Positions 1 through 8,587 of a stretch of DNA of 38,599 nt are shown here, in pieces. Numbering within the stretch: the first letter of the stretch is position 1; each line of letters starts with the position of its first letter. This stretch comes from a virus (lineage: Duplodnaviria; Caudoviricetes), in the IMG/VR virus record IMGVR_UViG_3300032225_000947, positions 1 through 38,599 of that record. One strand, given 5' to 3'. The notes below the pieces were generated by a model. That model did not search any database. It was not told where the DNA came from and was given only the letters and a program-made list of their open reading frames with translations. The position numbers and the translations under genes are program-made.

Positions 1-123
1 ACAATCACTGGCATCAGTGGTGCTGGCTCCAGCGCAACCGGCGGCACGATCACTACCTATACGGGTAATGGTACGAACGGAGTGCTCAATCGGAATTATT
101 CGGTGAGCAGTTTTACTGCTTCG
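1..123. repeat. Exact 123-bp direct repeat of 38477-38599 (circular assembly overlap)
   Basis: acaatcactggc...ttttactgcttcg is identical at both ends, and a reading frame runs through the junction. Confidence 0.95.
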
Positions 124-837
124 GGGACGTTCACGGTGACGGGTGCCGGGTATTTCGACATTTGTCTTACGGGTGGAGGCGGTGGTGGTGGCGGCGGAAC
201 GGCACCGTCTGGCGGTGGCGGTGGTGGCGCTGGACAAGTATGGACGGTCCAGTCGTACTACTTGAACGCTGGAAGTTATGCCTGTGTGATTGGTGGTGGT
301 GGCGCGGCGGGATCAGGAACTCGCGGAAGCAACGGCAGCCCCTCTACTTTCTTGGGTGTTGTGTGTTTTGGTGGTGGCGGCGGAGGCGGCTCGTACACCA
401 ACTCAAACGCTAGCGGTTCTTCGGGTGCCTCTGGTGGCGGCGCGGGTACTGGTCCAGCAACGCAAGCGGGCGGCACAGCCACCTACTCCCCGTATACCGG
501 CTATGACGGTGGTTCGGTCAACAACTCTGGCGGCTCAGATGGAGGCGCTGGTGGTGGCGGTGCTGGAGGCGCTGGAGGCAACACAACCTCAGCGCAAAAT
601 GGTGGCACGGGCGGCGCTGGAATCGTGTTTGCTAATACGAGCGTGGCTGGTGGCGGCGGTGGTTCTGCTGGTTCTGGTACTGCTGGGTCGGCATCCAATG
701 GTGGTGGCGCTGGTCAAGGCGCTACGGGGAACGCTACTGCTGGCTCTAATGGTGGTGGCGGTGGCGGTTCTAAGAGCACGGGTACGGCTGGTGCTGGTGG
801 CGGCGGGGTTCTGTTGATCCGCTGGGCTACCTCCTAA
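1..837 (+). CDS. 3' half of a Gly-rich tail fibre/receptor-binding-like protein (gene starts at 37613, about 566 aa over the circular join)
   Basis: Frame 1 is continuous with ATG 37613 (38477-37613 = 864, a multiple of 3); FTASGTF..DI.L.GGGGGGG...GGGGVLLIRW domain. Confidence 0.8.
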   Translation, partial: TITGISGAGSSATGGTITTYTGNGTNGVLNRNYSVSSFTASGTFTVTGAGYFDICLTGGGGGGGGGTAPSGGGGGGAGQVWTVQSYYLNAGSYACVIGGGGAAGSGTRGSNGSPSTFLGVVCFGGGGGGGSYTNSNASGSSGASGGGAGTGPATQAGGTATYSPYTGYDGGSVNNSGGSDGGAGGGGAGGAGGNTTSAQNGGTGGAGIVFANTSVAGGGGGSAGSGTAGSASNGGGAGQGATGNATAGSNGGGGGGSKSTGTAGAGGGGVLLIRWATS

Positions 838-873
838 ACAATCAACCTAATCTACCTAAGAAAGGAAACAGTT

Positions 874-1143
874 ATGCCATTTCACAACGCGCACGCAGCC
901 AAGGTCAACGAGGACGGCATCGTGGAACAGGTCATCGTCATTCCCTTTATGAATGACAATGATGCTGAGGTCACGGCCTACGTCAACTCAATCGGTCTGC
1001 CGGGTAAGTGGCTGGACACCTCGTACATGGGCAGCCGCCGGGGGAAGTACGCGGGTGTGGGCGACCGGTATGACGCGGAGTTGGACGAGTTCGTCAGCCC
1101 CGTTGTTGAAGCCCCTGCTGATGCTCCTAAGGCTAAGAAGTAA
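874..1143 (+). CDS. Small conserved protein typically found after Gly-rich fibre genes (possible fibre chaperone)
   Basis: AAGGA RBS; pattern AKVNEDGIVEQVIV...WLDTSY...RGKYAGVGDRYD...F. Confidence 0.7.
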   Translation: MPFHNAHAAKVNEDGIVEQVIVIPFMNDNDAEVTAYVNSIGLPGKWLDTSYMGSRRGKYAGVGDRYDAELDEFVSPVVEAPADAPKAKK

Positions 1144-1146
1144 CTT

Positions 1147-1401
1147 ATGTCTCTGGCGGCGAGATCGGCACATCCACCGCGCAAAAATGTGAAAGAGCAA
1201 TGCACCGTCTGCCTTCTCACCGAATCCTTACCTGACGACGAGCGCGAGGCCTTAGAGGCAATGTTCGCGTCACACCTGTGGAGTGGTGCGGCAATCGCTC
1301 GTGCGCTGGGTGAGGAAGGTTTGGGCAGGTTTTCGGATAACACAATCCGTCGTCATAGGCGGAAGGAGTGTTTCCGTGAGTCTTATACAGAAGCTGGCTG
1401 A
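1147..1401 (+). CDS. Small Cys/His HTH-like DNA-binding protein
   Basis: CTVC...AIARAL...TIRRHRRKEC; precedes a phosphoesterase, as in many actinophages. Confidence 0.6.
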   Translation: MSLAARSAHPPRKNVKEQCTVCLLTESLPDDEREALEAMFASHLWSGAAIARALGEEGLGRFSDNTIRRHRRKECFRESYTEAG

Positions 1402-2548
1402 CGCGGGTTCGACTGTTCCGCAGGCTTCTTCGGCCAGGTTGGTGTGGGAGTCGGGGGTGAAATATAACCCTGACGGCACGCAGACGGTGACGTTGCCTGA
1501 GTGCCCTGAGATCGCCCCTGAAGGCTATTTAGAGGCTCTTGAAGGGTTTCTTGGTGTTATTCCTGCTGGTTACAGTTTCCGGCTCACTGAGGCCCGTCAC
1601 GATCCTGCCGCATGGCATAGGGATGGTGAGGGTGAGGATGCTGTCACAAGACCTATTTGGCGTTACAAGTTCCAGATTTTCCCTGACCACAACAAGATAC
1701 CTGTTGATGATCTGTTAGGGAATCTTCGTAAGCCGCGTGATATCAAACCGGTATCAGATACGGCTGGTGCGCTTTTAGTATGTGCCGGCGATTTACAGAT
1801 TGGGAAAAGCGATGGGGCGGGAACACCGGGAACAGTTGATAGGTTCATGGAAGCGCACCGCGCTAGCCTTAAACGCTATAGCGAGCTGCGTCGTCGTGGT
1901 GTTGTGGATGACGTGGTACTTGTGTGGGCCGGAGATTGCATTGAAGGGTCAGAAACGCAAGGCTCCAAACTTTTGGCGCGCTTGGATTGCACGATCACGG
2001 AAATGGTTCGCATCTACCGGCGGCTAATGCTTGAGCAGGTACAGGACTTCGCGCGCATTGCGTCTAAGGTTCTTGTGGCCGTGGTGCCCGGTAACCATGA
2101 TGAAGCGAAGCGTGTGGGTGACCAGTTGGCTACGAGGTATGACGATTCTTGGGCGATTGAGGGTGCGAGTGCTGTCGCTGATGCTCTTCATGTGGGTGGT
2201 TATACAAACGTGGACTGGTTGTTCCCCGACACGGACGGCCTCGATGTTACGTTTGATGTGAAAGACACCCGTATTGGGGTGTTACATGGGCATCAGACGC
2301 GGGGCAAAATGGAAGCATGGCTGGGGGCTAAAGCGGTGCAACGCCTTGCAATTGGAACAGCAGATGTTGTTATTTCAGGGCATTACCATCATTTGAAGAT
2401 CACTCAGCTGGGGCCGACGACGCATGTGCAGATTCCTGCGATGGATTCGGGTTCAGTGTGGTGGGGGCATAAGGGTGGTTTGAATGCCCCACCAGGAATG
2501 GTGACGATGATTGTTAATGATGGTTGGCGGGGACTGGAGATTTTATGA
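1376..2548 (+). CDS. Calcineurin-like metallophosphoesterase (Mre11/SbcD-type fold)
   Basis: Motifs GDLQ, GDCIEG, GNHDE, HGH, GHYHH; GTG 1376 follows GGAAGGAG. Confidence 0.85.
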   Translation: MSLIQKLADAGSTVPQASSARLVWESGVKYNPDGTQTVTLPECPEIAPEGYLEALEGFLGVIPAGYSFRLTEARHDPAAWHRDGEGEDAVTRPIWRYKFQIFPDHNKIPVDDLLGNLRKPRDIKPVSDTAGALLVCAGDLQIGKSDGAGTPGTVDRFMEAHRASLKRYSELRRRGVVDDVVLVWAGDCIEGSETQGSKLLARLDCTITEMVRIYRRLMLEQVQDFARIASKVLVAVVPGNHDEAKRVGDQLATRYDDSWAIEGASAVADALHVGGYTNVDWLFPDTDGLDVTFDVKDTRIGVLHGHQTRGKMEAWLGAKAVQRLAIGTADVVISGHYHHLKITQLGPTTHVQIPAMDSGSVWWGHKGGLNAPPGMVTMIVNDGWRGLEIL

Positions 2549-2802
2549 GCCTGGAATCTGAGGCCGTGAAACTTATTAAGGGCGACCGGGGATTAACGTA
2601 TGGGACCCCTCAGGAAGGGTTAGGTCGGATTGCTCGGCTGTGGAGTGCCTACCTTGAACGCGAGTTAACGGTTGGTGATGTCGCTAGACTTATGGTGTTG
2701 CTGAAACTGGCAAGGGCGCAGGGCGGTTATTCTCACGATAGTTATGTTGACCTTGTTGCTTATGCTGTGATCGCGGAGGAATCTGATGGCCGTCCCCACT
2801 AA
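2545..2802 (+). CDS. DUF6378-like protein (nucleotide pyrophosphohydrolase-related)
   Basis: DRGLTYG.P...RIARLWSAYL...MVLLKLAR...DSYVDLVAYA; ATGA overlap with upstream stop. Confidence 0.75.
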   Translation: MSLESEAVKLIKGDRGLTYGTPQEGLGRIARLWSAYLERELTVGDVARLMVLLKLARAQGGYSHDSYVDLVAYAVIAEESDGRPH

Positions 2803-2992
2803 AGATGCAGTGATCCGTATCGGTTTTGGGATGCTGTATGTGCAGATTATGGCTGAGGGTCATGCCGGTAACCCTGATGTTTTGGATGATATGACTCGTC
2901 GGGCGATTACAGCTTTTAAGGAAGCTGCGACTGCCGTTGTGGAGTCGGGGTTGAATGAGGCAATCCTTGATGATGAAGAAGAAGTTGAATGA
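2786..2992 (+). CDS. Hypothetical protein with acidic C-terminus
   Basis: GGAGG RBS; fills the gap and is coupled to the next gene. Confidence 0.6.
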   Translation: MAVPTKDAVIRIGFGMLYVQIMAEGHAGNPDVLDDMTRRAITAFKEAATAVVESGLNEAILDDEEEVE

Positions 2993-4089
2993 CGGAGTAC
3001 CGTTATCTTTTTGCTGATTTGTTGACGAATCAGATTAAAGCCGAACTTCCTCTTTCCCAAGTGAGTTTCGGTCAGGAGTTGAATACTTCTGGATCATTTT
3101 CGGGGAAACTGCTGCTATCTGATTTGCGTGAGGCTGTTTACAGTATTGATACGGCTACGACTCCGGCGAGAACAGCCGTTTATGTGGATCGTGATGGAAC
3201 GATTGTGTGGGGAGGGGTGCTATGGAATCGTTCCTATGATTCGGCGTCTCAGTCTATGACGTTCACGGGCCGCGAGTTTGAGTCTTATTTTGAGCGCCGG
3301 CGTATCAATTTCACTTATAACTCGGCCCAAGCTTCGCAGGATCAGCTTCTTGTCGTGCAGAACTTGTTTAACACTGTTCAGGGTAGTGCTGGCAGTAGTA
3401 CCAATATTGGTGTTCAGGTGGGTACTGAGACTTCGGGAGTGAGTGTTACGAAGTATTACAACTATTACGATTTGAAGCCTTTGACTGAGGCTGTGTATGA
3501 GTTGTCGCGTTCAACTACGGGGTTTGACTGGAATATTGATGTTGCATACGACTCGTCGTACAACATTATTAAGACTTTGCATTTGGAGTATCCGCGTCGT
3601 GGCATCGTGTACGGGGTTAACGATACTTATGATCCGGTGCTTGAGTTCCCTGGCAACATCATTGCCTACACTTATCCTGAAGAAGGCTTCCAAGTAGCAA
3701 ACACCCTGTATGGCATTGGTGCGGGTCAGACCATTGGCAAACTGATTTCTGTTCAACAGGACGCTACCCAGATAACTAATGGTTGGCCGACACTTGAAGG
3801 ATCAGTTTCCTACACGGATTACGACTACCAGCCGTTGCTCGATAACCTGACATTGGCACAGTTGAACGCTACGAAGAATCCTGTTGTGGTGATGCAGGTT
3901 GTTACTACTTCTTACAATGAGCCGATTCTTGGTTCTTATAAAACTGGTGATGATTTCCGTATCAGGATTACTGATGACAGATTTCCAACAACATTGGATG
4001 TGATTCGCCGTTTGGCGAAGTACGAAGTTCAGGTTGGGGATAATGGTCCTGAGCGTGTCACGTTCTCTTTTGTTGTTACGACTAACTAG
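2989..4089 (+). CDS. Minor tail/baseplate hub protein (siphovirus Gp37-like)
   Basis: YRYLFADLLT...AELPLSQVSF...LN.SGSFSG, VDRDGTIVWGG and GDDFRIRITD, typical of actinophage minor tail proteins. Confidence 0.75.
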   Translation: MTEYRYLFADLLTNQIKAELPLSQVSFGQELNTSGSFSGKLLLSDLREAVYSIDTATTPARTAVYVDRDGTIVWGGVLWNRSYDSASQSMTFTGREFESYFERRRINFTYNSAQASQDQLLVVQNLFNTVQGSAGSSTNIGVQVGTETSGVSVTKYYNYYDLKPLTEAVYELSRSTTGFDWNIDVAYDSSYNIIKTLHLEYPRRGIVYGVNDTYDPVLEFPGNIIAYTYPEEGFQVANTLYGIGAGQTIGKLISVQQDATQITNGWPTLEGSVSYTDYDYQPLLDNLTLAQLNATKNPVVVMQVVTTSYNEPILGSYKTGDDFRIRITDDRFPTTLDVIRRLAKYEVQVGDNGPERVTFSFVVTTN

Positions 4090-4097
4090 GGGTTAAC

Positions 4098-4310
4098 GTG
4101 AGTGTTATTAATCTTCCGCCGATCCTGCGGGTCATGTGGATGGAGCTGGAATCTCGTGTTCGTAAGCTGGAACAATCGCAGATTTTCCAAGCCCCGGTGG
4201 TTACTTCTGATCCGCCTATTTTGAAGAACGGCATGATCTGGTACAGGAGTGATCTGAATACGTTTCGGGTATACCAGGGTGGCGTAGTGAAAACTATTAC
4301 GACATCGTAG
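4098..4310 (+). CDS. Small minor tail-associated protein
   Basis: LESRVRKLE coiled coil plus NGMIWYRSD motif; follows the hub gene. Confidence 0.55.
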   Translation: MSVINLPPILRVMWMELESRVRKLEQSQIFQAPVVTSDPPILKNGMIWYRSDLNTFRVYQGGVVKTITTS

Positions 4311-4349
4311 AATGTTTTTGTTTGGACGGGCCGTTAAAGCGAAAGAGGC

Positions 4350-4628
4350 TTGTCCGTGGAATGGGTCACCAATATCACTAACGTTTTGTATTTGGTTAGC
4401 GCGTGCGCCGCAATCATTGGCGGTGGCTACATGGTGGCTCGGAAGATTGAAAAGAAATTAGATGTTCTTCAATCTGAGACTCAGCCTAACTCTGGTAGTA
4501 GCCTGCGTGATGCGATTGATAGAATCGACGTGAGCGTTACGAAAATATCTAATCGGCAAGATGTAATCGAAAAAGAACTGTCAAACCTTTTTGGTAGGTT
4601 TGATGAGCATGTGAGGAGAAACTCGTGA
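4350..4628 (+). CDS. Membrane protein of the lysis cassette (one TM plus coiled coil)
   Basis: N-terminal hydrophobic helix; PNSGSSLRDAIDRI motif common in actinophage lysis regions. Confidence 0.65.
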   Translation: MSVEWVTNITNVLYLVSACAAIIGGGYMVARKIEKKLDVLQSETQPNSGSSLRDAIDRIDVSVTKISNRQDVIEKELSNLFGRFDEHVRRNS

Positions 4629-4993
4629 AGGCGAAACTGGCGAAGGTTGACAAGTGGGTTGTTACTACCCCGCTGGGTCGCGTGGTTAAGGGTTTCTTTT
4701 TCACTTTGGTGATGCTTGCGGTTGCTGATTGGACGCAATCTGGGCAGATCAGTTTTAATCATTGGACGACGTGGCTTCTTGTTGCTGCTGGCCCGATTTT
4801 GTCAATGGGTTATGACTACGCTTCTAAGAACTTCCCGTTGTTTGGGCCTGCCTTGGATGCTGTTGTGGCGCAGCCGAATGTTCCTGTGATTGTGAAGCAG
4901 GCTGCTGCTGAGGCGAAGGCTCCTCGAGCTAAGAAAGCTGTTGCTCCAGTTAAGAAGGTTGTTGCTAAGAAAGCCACTAAATCTATTAATTGA
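4625..4993 (+). CDS. Putative holin
   Basis: Two hydrophobic segments and a Lys/Ala-rich tail, directly upstream of the endolysin. Confidence 0.55.
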   Translation: MKAKLAKVDKWVVTTPLGRVVKGFFFTLVMLAVADWTQSGQISFNHWTTWLLVAAGPILSMGYDYASKNFPLFGPALDAVVAQPNVPVIVKQAAAEAKAPRAKKAVAPVKKVVAKKATKSIN

Positions 4994-5001
4994 GGACGGG
5001 A

Positions 5002-5538
5002 ATGGGTACTTCACTTAATGGTTGGCCTGCGATCACTCCGGCTCTTGCCCCCGTGCGGTTGCGGACTATCACGATTCCGGGCACGAACAGGACGATCCGG
5101 TTGGCTAAAGGATCTGCTGCACTATTCGCTGCATTTCTTTCCGATTGGAACGAGGAGATGCCTGCCCGATTAAAACTGGATAAGGGTCCGGTGGATGGGT
5201 GGAATTACCGTCAGGCTCGCGCTGCTGACGGTTTTTCGAACCATGCTTCAGGTACGGCGTGCGATGTTAGATATGACGTGTTGAAGGCTGATGACAAGCA
5301 ACATATGACGAAGGCTGAGACCGATACGCTAAAGCGTATCCTCGCTCGTTACGTCACGGCAGACGGTCACCACGTCATCGCTAACGGATACGCGTGGGGA
5401 AAGTGCGATGAGATGCATTCGGAACTCAGTCAGGCTTGGGATCACAAGAACGGCGCGTTGCGCAACACGCAACAGAAAGACGTGGACGAAGTGATCGCCC
5501 GTTTGCATATTGACAAGAACGGTGTTCGCCCGAAGTGA
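5002..5538 (+). CDS. Endolysin, peptidase M15 family (catalytic domain only)
   Basis: S.NGWPA start; GWNYR...SNHASGTACD...DEMHSE Zn-peptidase motifs. Confidence 0.85.
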   Translation: MGTSLNGWPAITPALAPVRLRTITIPGTNRTIRLAKGSAALFAAFLSDWNEEMPARLKLDKGPVDGWNYRQARAADGFSNHASGTACDVRYDVLKADDKQHMTKAETDTLKRILARYVTADGHHVIANGYAWGKCDEMHSELSQAWDHKNGALRNTQQKDVDEVIARLHIDKNGVRPK

Positions 5539-6584
5539 GCGTAGGGTTCGCTACCTACGACCTGAACACGTCTGTTAGTCCGCCGATACCTGGTGGGTGT
5601 GCTTTTTACCGGCTGTTCCTTCCGATGTCTACTATTTTTGACACTCAAACTTTAATGGGTGTGCCGGCTTGGGAATCTGAATCGGGTTTCGGTATTAGAA
5701 CGGGTCAGGGTAGGGCTGCTTTCGGGTTTGACACGATGGTCATTAAAGGACTTATGGCCCGTAATACTTTGATTCAAGTGCGTGCCGCTCAAGCTTTGGG
5801 TCAGCGGATTGTGGTTGATGTTGACGATTTTTATGATGGTTTGACTGAAGCGAATGTGGCGCACAAGTTCACTGATCCTGAGTTCAACAAGATTATGAAC
5901 CGGGATTTTCTTAGGGATGTTATCCAGGCAGCTGATGTGGTGACTGTTTCTACGCAGTTTTTGAAAGATTATTACGATGAGATTCATCCTGATGTGAGGC
6001 TTATTCGTAATGCTATTGATTTAAAGTTTTTTCAGAAGAGAAAAGTTTTGAATGTAAAGAAACCTGTACTTGGATGGGTTGGGGCTGTTCCTTGGCGCTC
6101 GAATGATTTAGAAACTTTGAGGTCTTGGTTGCCTGATTTTCTTGATAAGCATGACTTGATGTTTCACCATTCTGGTCATCGGGATGATTCCACGTCGTTT
6201 GCTGAGTTGGCTGGGATTGATCCGTCTCGTGTTACTACTTCTCCTCAGATGCCAATCTTCCAGTATTTTCAGGAAGCGTTTTGTTTTGATATTGGGATTG
6301 TGCCGTTGAATGACATTCCGTTTAATCACGCTAAGAGTTGTATTAAGGGTTTGGAGTATGCAGCTTCTGGTATCCCGTTTGTGGCACAAGGTCTCCCTGA
6401 GTACCAACAGTTGATGGACGATGGGATTGGTAGATGCGCGTGGGAACCGGAAGATTGGGTTTCACACCTTGAGGACTTGTTGGACTACAAGACTCGGAAG
6501 CGTGAGGCAGCCCGGAATCACGCACTACTATCGCGGCACGTTATTAGTGAGCGTGACTGGTCGTTCCTGAGCAAGGAAACCTGA
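5535..6584 (+). CDS. Glycosyltransferase, GT-B fold (GT4-like)
   Basis: GGCAFYR, VVDVDD, ADVVTVST, GIVPL...FNHAKSCIKGLEYAASGIPFVA. Confidence 0.85.
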   Translation: MSVGFATYDLNTSVSPPIPGGCAFYRLFLPMSTIFDTQTLMGVPAWESESGFGIRTGQGRAAFGFDTMVIKGLMARNTLIQVRAAQALGQRIVVDVDDFYDGLTEANVAHKFTDPEFNKIMNRDFLRDVIQAADVVTVSTQFLKDYYDEIHPDVRLIRNAIDLKFFQKRKVLNVKKPVLGWVGAVPWRSNDLETLRSWLPDFLDKHDLMFHHSGHRDDSTSFAELAGIDPSRVTTSPQMPIFQYFQEAFCFDIGIVPLNDIPFNHAKSCIKGLEYAASGIPFVAQGLPEYQQLMDDGIGRCAWEPEDWVSHLEDLLDYKTRKREAARNHALLSRHVISERDWSFLSKET

Positions 6585-6960
6585 CAAGCCATTCCTTGAA
6601 CTTGTTATAAGTTGATCGGCTGGTATACCTATTCAGATATTTCCCGGTGCCGGATATGTCCCACGGGTAGAACGTTTTCCCACCTTGTGTGAGGTCGAAA
6701 GCAACGGCGGCGTTGTAGCCAGGGGTGAGAAGTTTTTTCGCGTTCCACCACGGTGCGTTTTTGTATGCGGCCCTGTTCAGCTGGAACATGCCGTAATCGT
6801 GTGTGGGGCTGATTGACTTGGGATTGCCGCCGGACTCTCTCATGACGATGGCCCAAGCGATGGGGAGTGATCTCCCGGTGAACCCTGCTTCATGTAGTTG
6901 GTTTGCTAGTGGATTCTTGCAAAAGGTTAATGCTGCTGCCAGAACTATGGGTTCAATCAT
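6544..6960 (-). CDS. Lytic transglycosylase (SLT/lysozyme-like) with possible signal peptide
   Basis: AIVMRESGGNP...DYGMFQLN...PW motifs; MIEPIVLAAALTFC N-terminus. Confidence 0.8.
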   Translation of the reverse strand: MIEPIVLAAALTFCKNPLANQLHEAGFTGRSLPIAWAIVMRESGGNPKSISPTHDYGMFQLNRAAYKNAPWWNAKKLLTPGYNAAVAFDLTQGGKTFYPWDISGTGKYLNRYTSRSTYNKFKEWLVRFPCSGTTSHAH

Positions 6961-6985
6961 TGTTGTCCGATCTCTAGGGGATAGG

Positions 6986-7040
6986 GACACGCCGATCAGG
7001 AATCGCACCTGAAAGGGATTTGTAATTCTACACTCACTGT
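6986..7040 (+). promoter_or_regulatory. Putative whiB promoter: GACACGCCG box plus -10 TACACT, leaderless start
   Basis: GACACGCCG at 6986-6994; TACACT at 7029-7034, 6 nt before ATG 7041; no RBS. Confidence 0.5.
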
Positions 7041-7262
7041 ATGTGGTGGGAGAGGGCGTCTTGTGCTGGTGTGGATGTAAATGTGTTTTTTCCCACAGAC
7101 GGCGACACGGCACAAGCAAAACGGATTTGTTCTACTTGTGCCGTGCGACCGGAATGTCTGAATTTTGCTAGACAGACGGGGACTCGTCATGGTGTGTGGG
7201 GAGGGGCTTCTTTAGACGCGCTTCCCTGTGGTGCCGCAAGCCTTCCACTTCAGCACGACTAA
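7041..7262 (+). CDS. whiB: WhiB-family Fe-S transcription factor
   Basis: W.ERASC...FFP...AKRICSTCAVRPECL...GVWGG. Confidence 0.92.
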   Translation: MWWERASCAGVDVNVFFPTDGDTAQAKRICSTCAVRPECLNFARQTGTRHGVWGGASLDALPCGAASLPLQHD

Positions 7263-7395
7263 ACATTGACCGGCGCTTCTGGTAGCGCAAGATTGTTAGT
7301 TGCTTCTTGTGAACAAGCTGGCGCAGGTTGTTGATTGTTACGCCAAGCATTTGTGCAGCGTCGTAGCAATCAATTTCGTTATCCCAAGGTTCCAT
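7168..7395 (-). CDS. Excisionase/MerR-like HTH protein
   Basis: DAAQMLGVTINNLRQLV...FSRAEVE. Confidence 0.7.
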   Translation of the reverse strand: MEPWDNEIDCYDAAQMLGVTINNLRQLVHKKQLTILRYQKRRSMFSRAEVEGLRHHREARLKKPLPTHHDESPSV

Positions 7396-7766
7396 TAGAA
7401 CGGGGTTTCCTCTCGGCTTGTGCGCTTGATATCAAGTGGCTTGACGACAGGCGCGACGACTTCAGCGTTGATCTCAGGGACCTGAATCTTCACGCCGTCC
7501 TTCTCGTACTCGCTGATGGAGAACTTTCCAACGACAACCACTTTGTCGCCCTTTCTGAGGGCTTCTGTGGTGGCTTCGGCTTCTTTACCGAACTGGGTTA
7601 CTCGATACCAGGTTGTTCCTGCATCGACCCATTGGTCGCCGTCTTTCTTGCGTGCGGTGACGGCTACGGACATGTTGCAAATCCCGGTGCCGTTAGAGGT
7701 AACTTTGAATTCGGGGTCTTTTCCTAGTCGCCCGTTGGTGATGATGATGGTTGGTTCGCCGGCCAT
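7395..7766 (-). CDS. ssb: Single-stranded DNA-binding protein
   Basis: GRLGKDPE, TTWYRVT.FGK.AE, LRKGDKVVVVG, C-terminal PF. Confidence 0.93.
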   Translation of the reverse strand: MAGEPTIIITNGRLGKDPEFKVTSNGTGICNMSVAVTARKKDGDQWVDAGTTWYRVTQFGKEAEATTEALRKGDKVVVVGKFSISEYEKDGVKIQVPEINAEVVAPVVKPLDIKRTSREETPF

Positions 7767-8083
7767 TCCGTCTCCTTATACCGTCCGTCGTCTGTTAGAT
7801 AGACGAGAGTTCCATCGTCAAACTCAACTGTTATGTTACTGGGTTCTCCCCATGATGGGACGATTAATCCTCGGCGTGTCGCCTCTTTAGGATTCAGGTG
7901 TACTGAGTCTGTCCCAAGGTTATGGCAATAATGGTGTAACGCTATAAGGTTGGTGAGTTCGTCTTTCCCACCTTGGGATCTGAGCTTGCGGTGATGCAAC
8001 GCCCACTGCTCGTGTTGTAACGGTATTTGGCAGCGTTCGCAGTAGCCGCCGCAGCGTTCCCATACTTGTGTCCTGAGTTTCAT
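7724..8083 (-). CDS. HNH endonuclease
   Basis: CERC...HHRKLRSQGG...NLIALHHYCHN...VH. Confidence 0.85.
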   Translation of the reverse strand: MKLRTQVWERCGGYCERCQIPLQHEQWALHHRKLRSQGGKDELTNLIALHHYCHNLGTDSVHLNPKEATRRGLIVPSWGEPSNITVEFDDGTLVYLTDDGRYKETEWPANQPSSSPTGD

Positions 8084-8087
8084 CACG

Positions 8088-8447
8088 TCAACCAGTATGA
8101 CGGTCAAGAATGGAAATCGTGACTCCTTCACGCTCGCTGTAGACCTTCTCAGCCACCAAGCGAGACACTTGTGAATCATCTTCATAGACGTGTCCTGTCA
8201 GAGCATCCATGACGGCCCGTACAAGTTTATCCAGGTCGGGTCGGGGGGAGGGTAGTTTCCCTGTCCGGGGTTTAACAAACTCAAATGTGAGCCTTAGCGA
8301 GATGGGTCCTATTTCGGGTTTGACGGGGAAGTAGTCCCTGATGGTGTTGCGCCAAGGAATGAGTTTTTTGTTGGAGTGCAACATCCTTCCTTGGATCACT
8401 TTCATTGATCCTTGGGGTATAGGGGTGCCGGGGACGAAGACTCTCAT
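8088..8447 (-). CDS. rusA: RusA-like Holliday junction resolvase
   Basis: VPGTPIPQGS...PDLDKLVRAVMDALT...EDDSQV. Confidence 0.9.
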   Translation of the reverse strand: MRVFVPGTPIPQGSMKVIQGRMLHSNKKLIPWRNTIRDYFPVKPEIGPISLRLTFEFVKPRTGKLPSPRPDLDKLVRAVMDALTGHVYEDDSQVSRLVAEKVYSEREGVTISILDRHTG

Positions 8448-8587
8448 TTCGGCATGGGGGGCCATTGCGCTGGGCGCTGATCTTTTTCTTTCGCACATCC
8501 ACCGCAGTCTGTTGACCACCAGACTCCGTGTGAGCAGTAGGTTCCTACTCGGGCAAGGTTCTTTCGGTATTCCCATACATCATTCAT
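8444..8587 (-). CDS. 47-aa Cys/His protein (MNDVWEYRKNLARVGTYCSHGVWWSTDCGGCAKE...), not in the ORF track
   Basis: Read by hand; overlaps both neighbours by coupled start/stop codons; CxH...CxxC. Confidence 0.6.
   Translation of the reverse strand: MNDVWEYRKNLARVGTYCSHGVWWSTDCGGCAKEKDQRPAQWPPMPK

Noticed and set aside
162-817. Trp/Arg-, Val- and Pro-rich alternative-frame ORFs over the Gly-rich genes (also 36927-38529)
   Set aside because: Frame artefacts of GGN codon runs.
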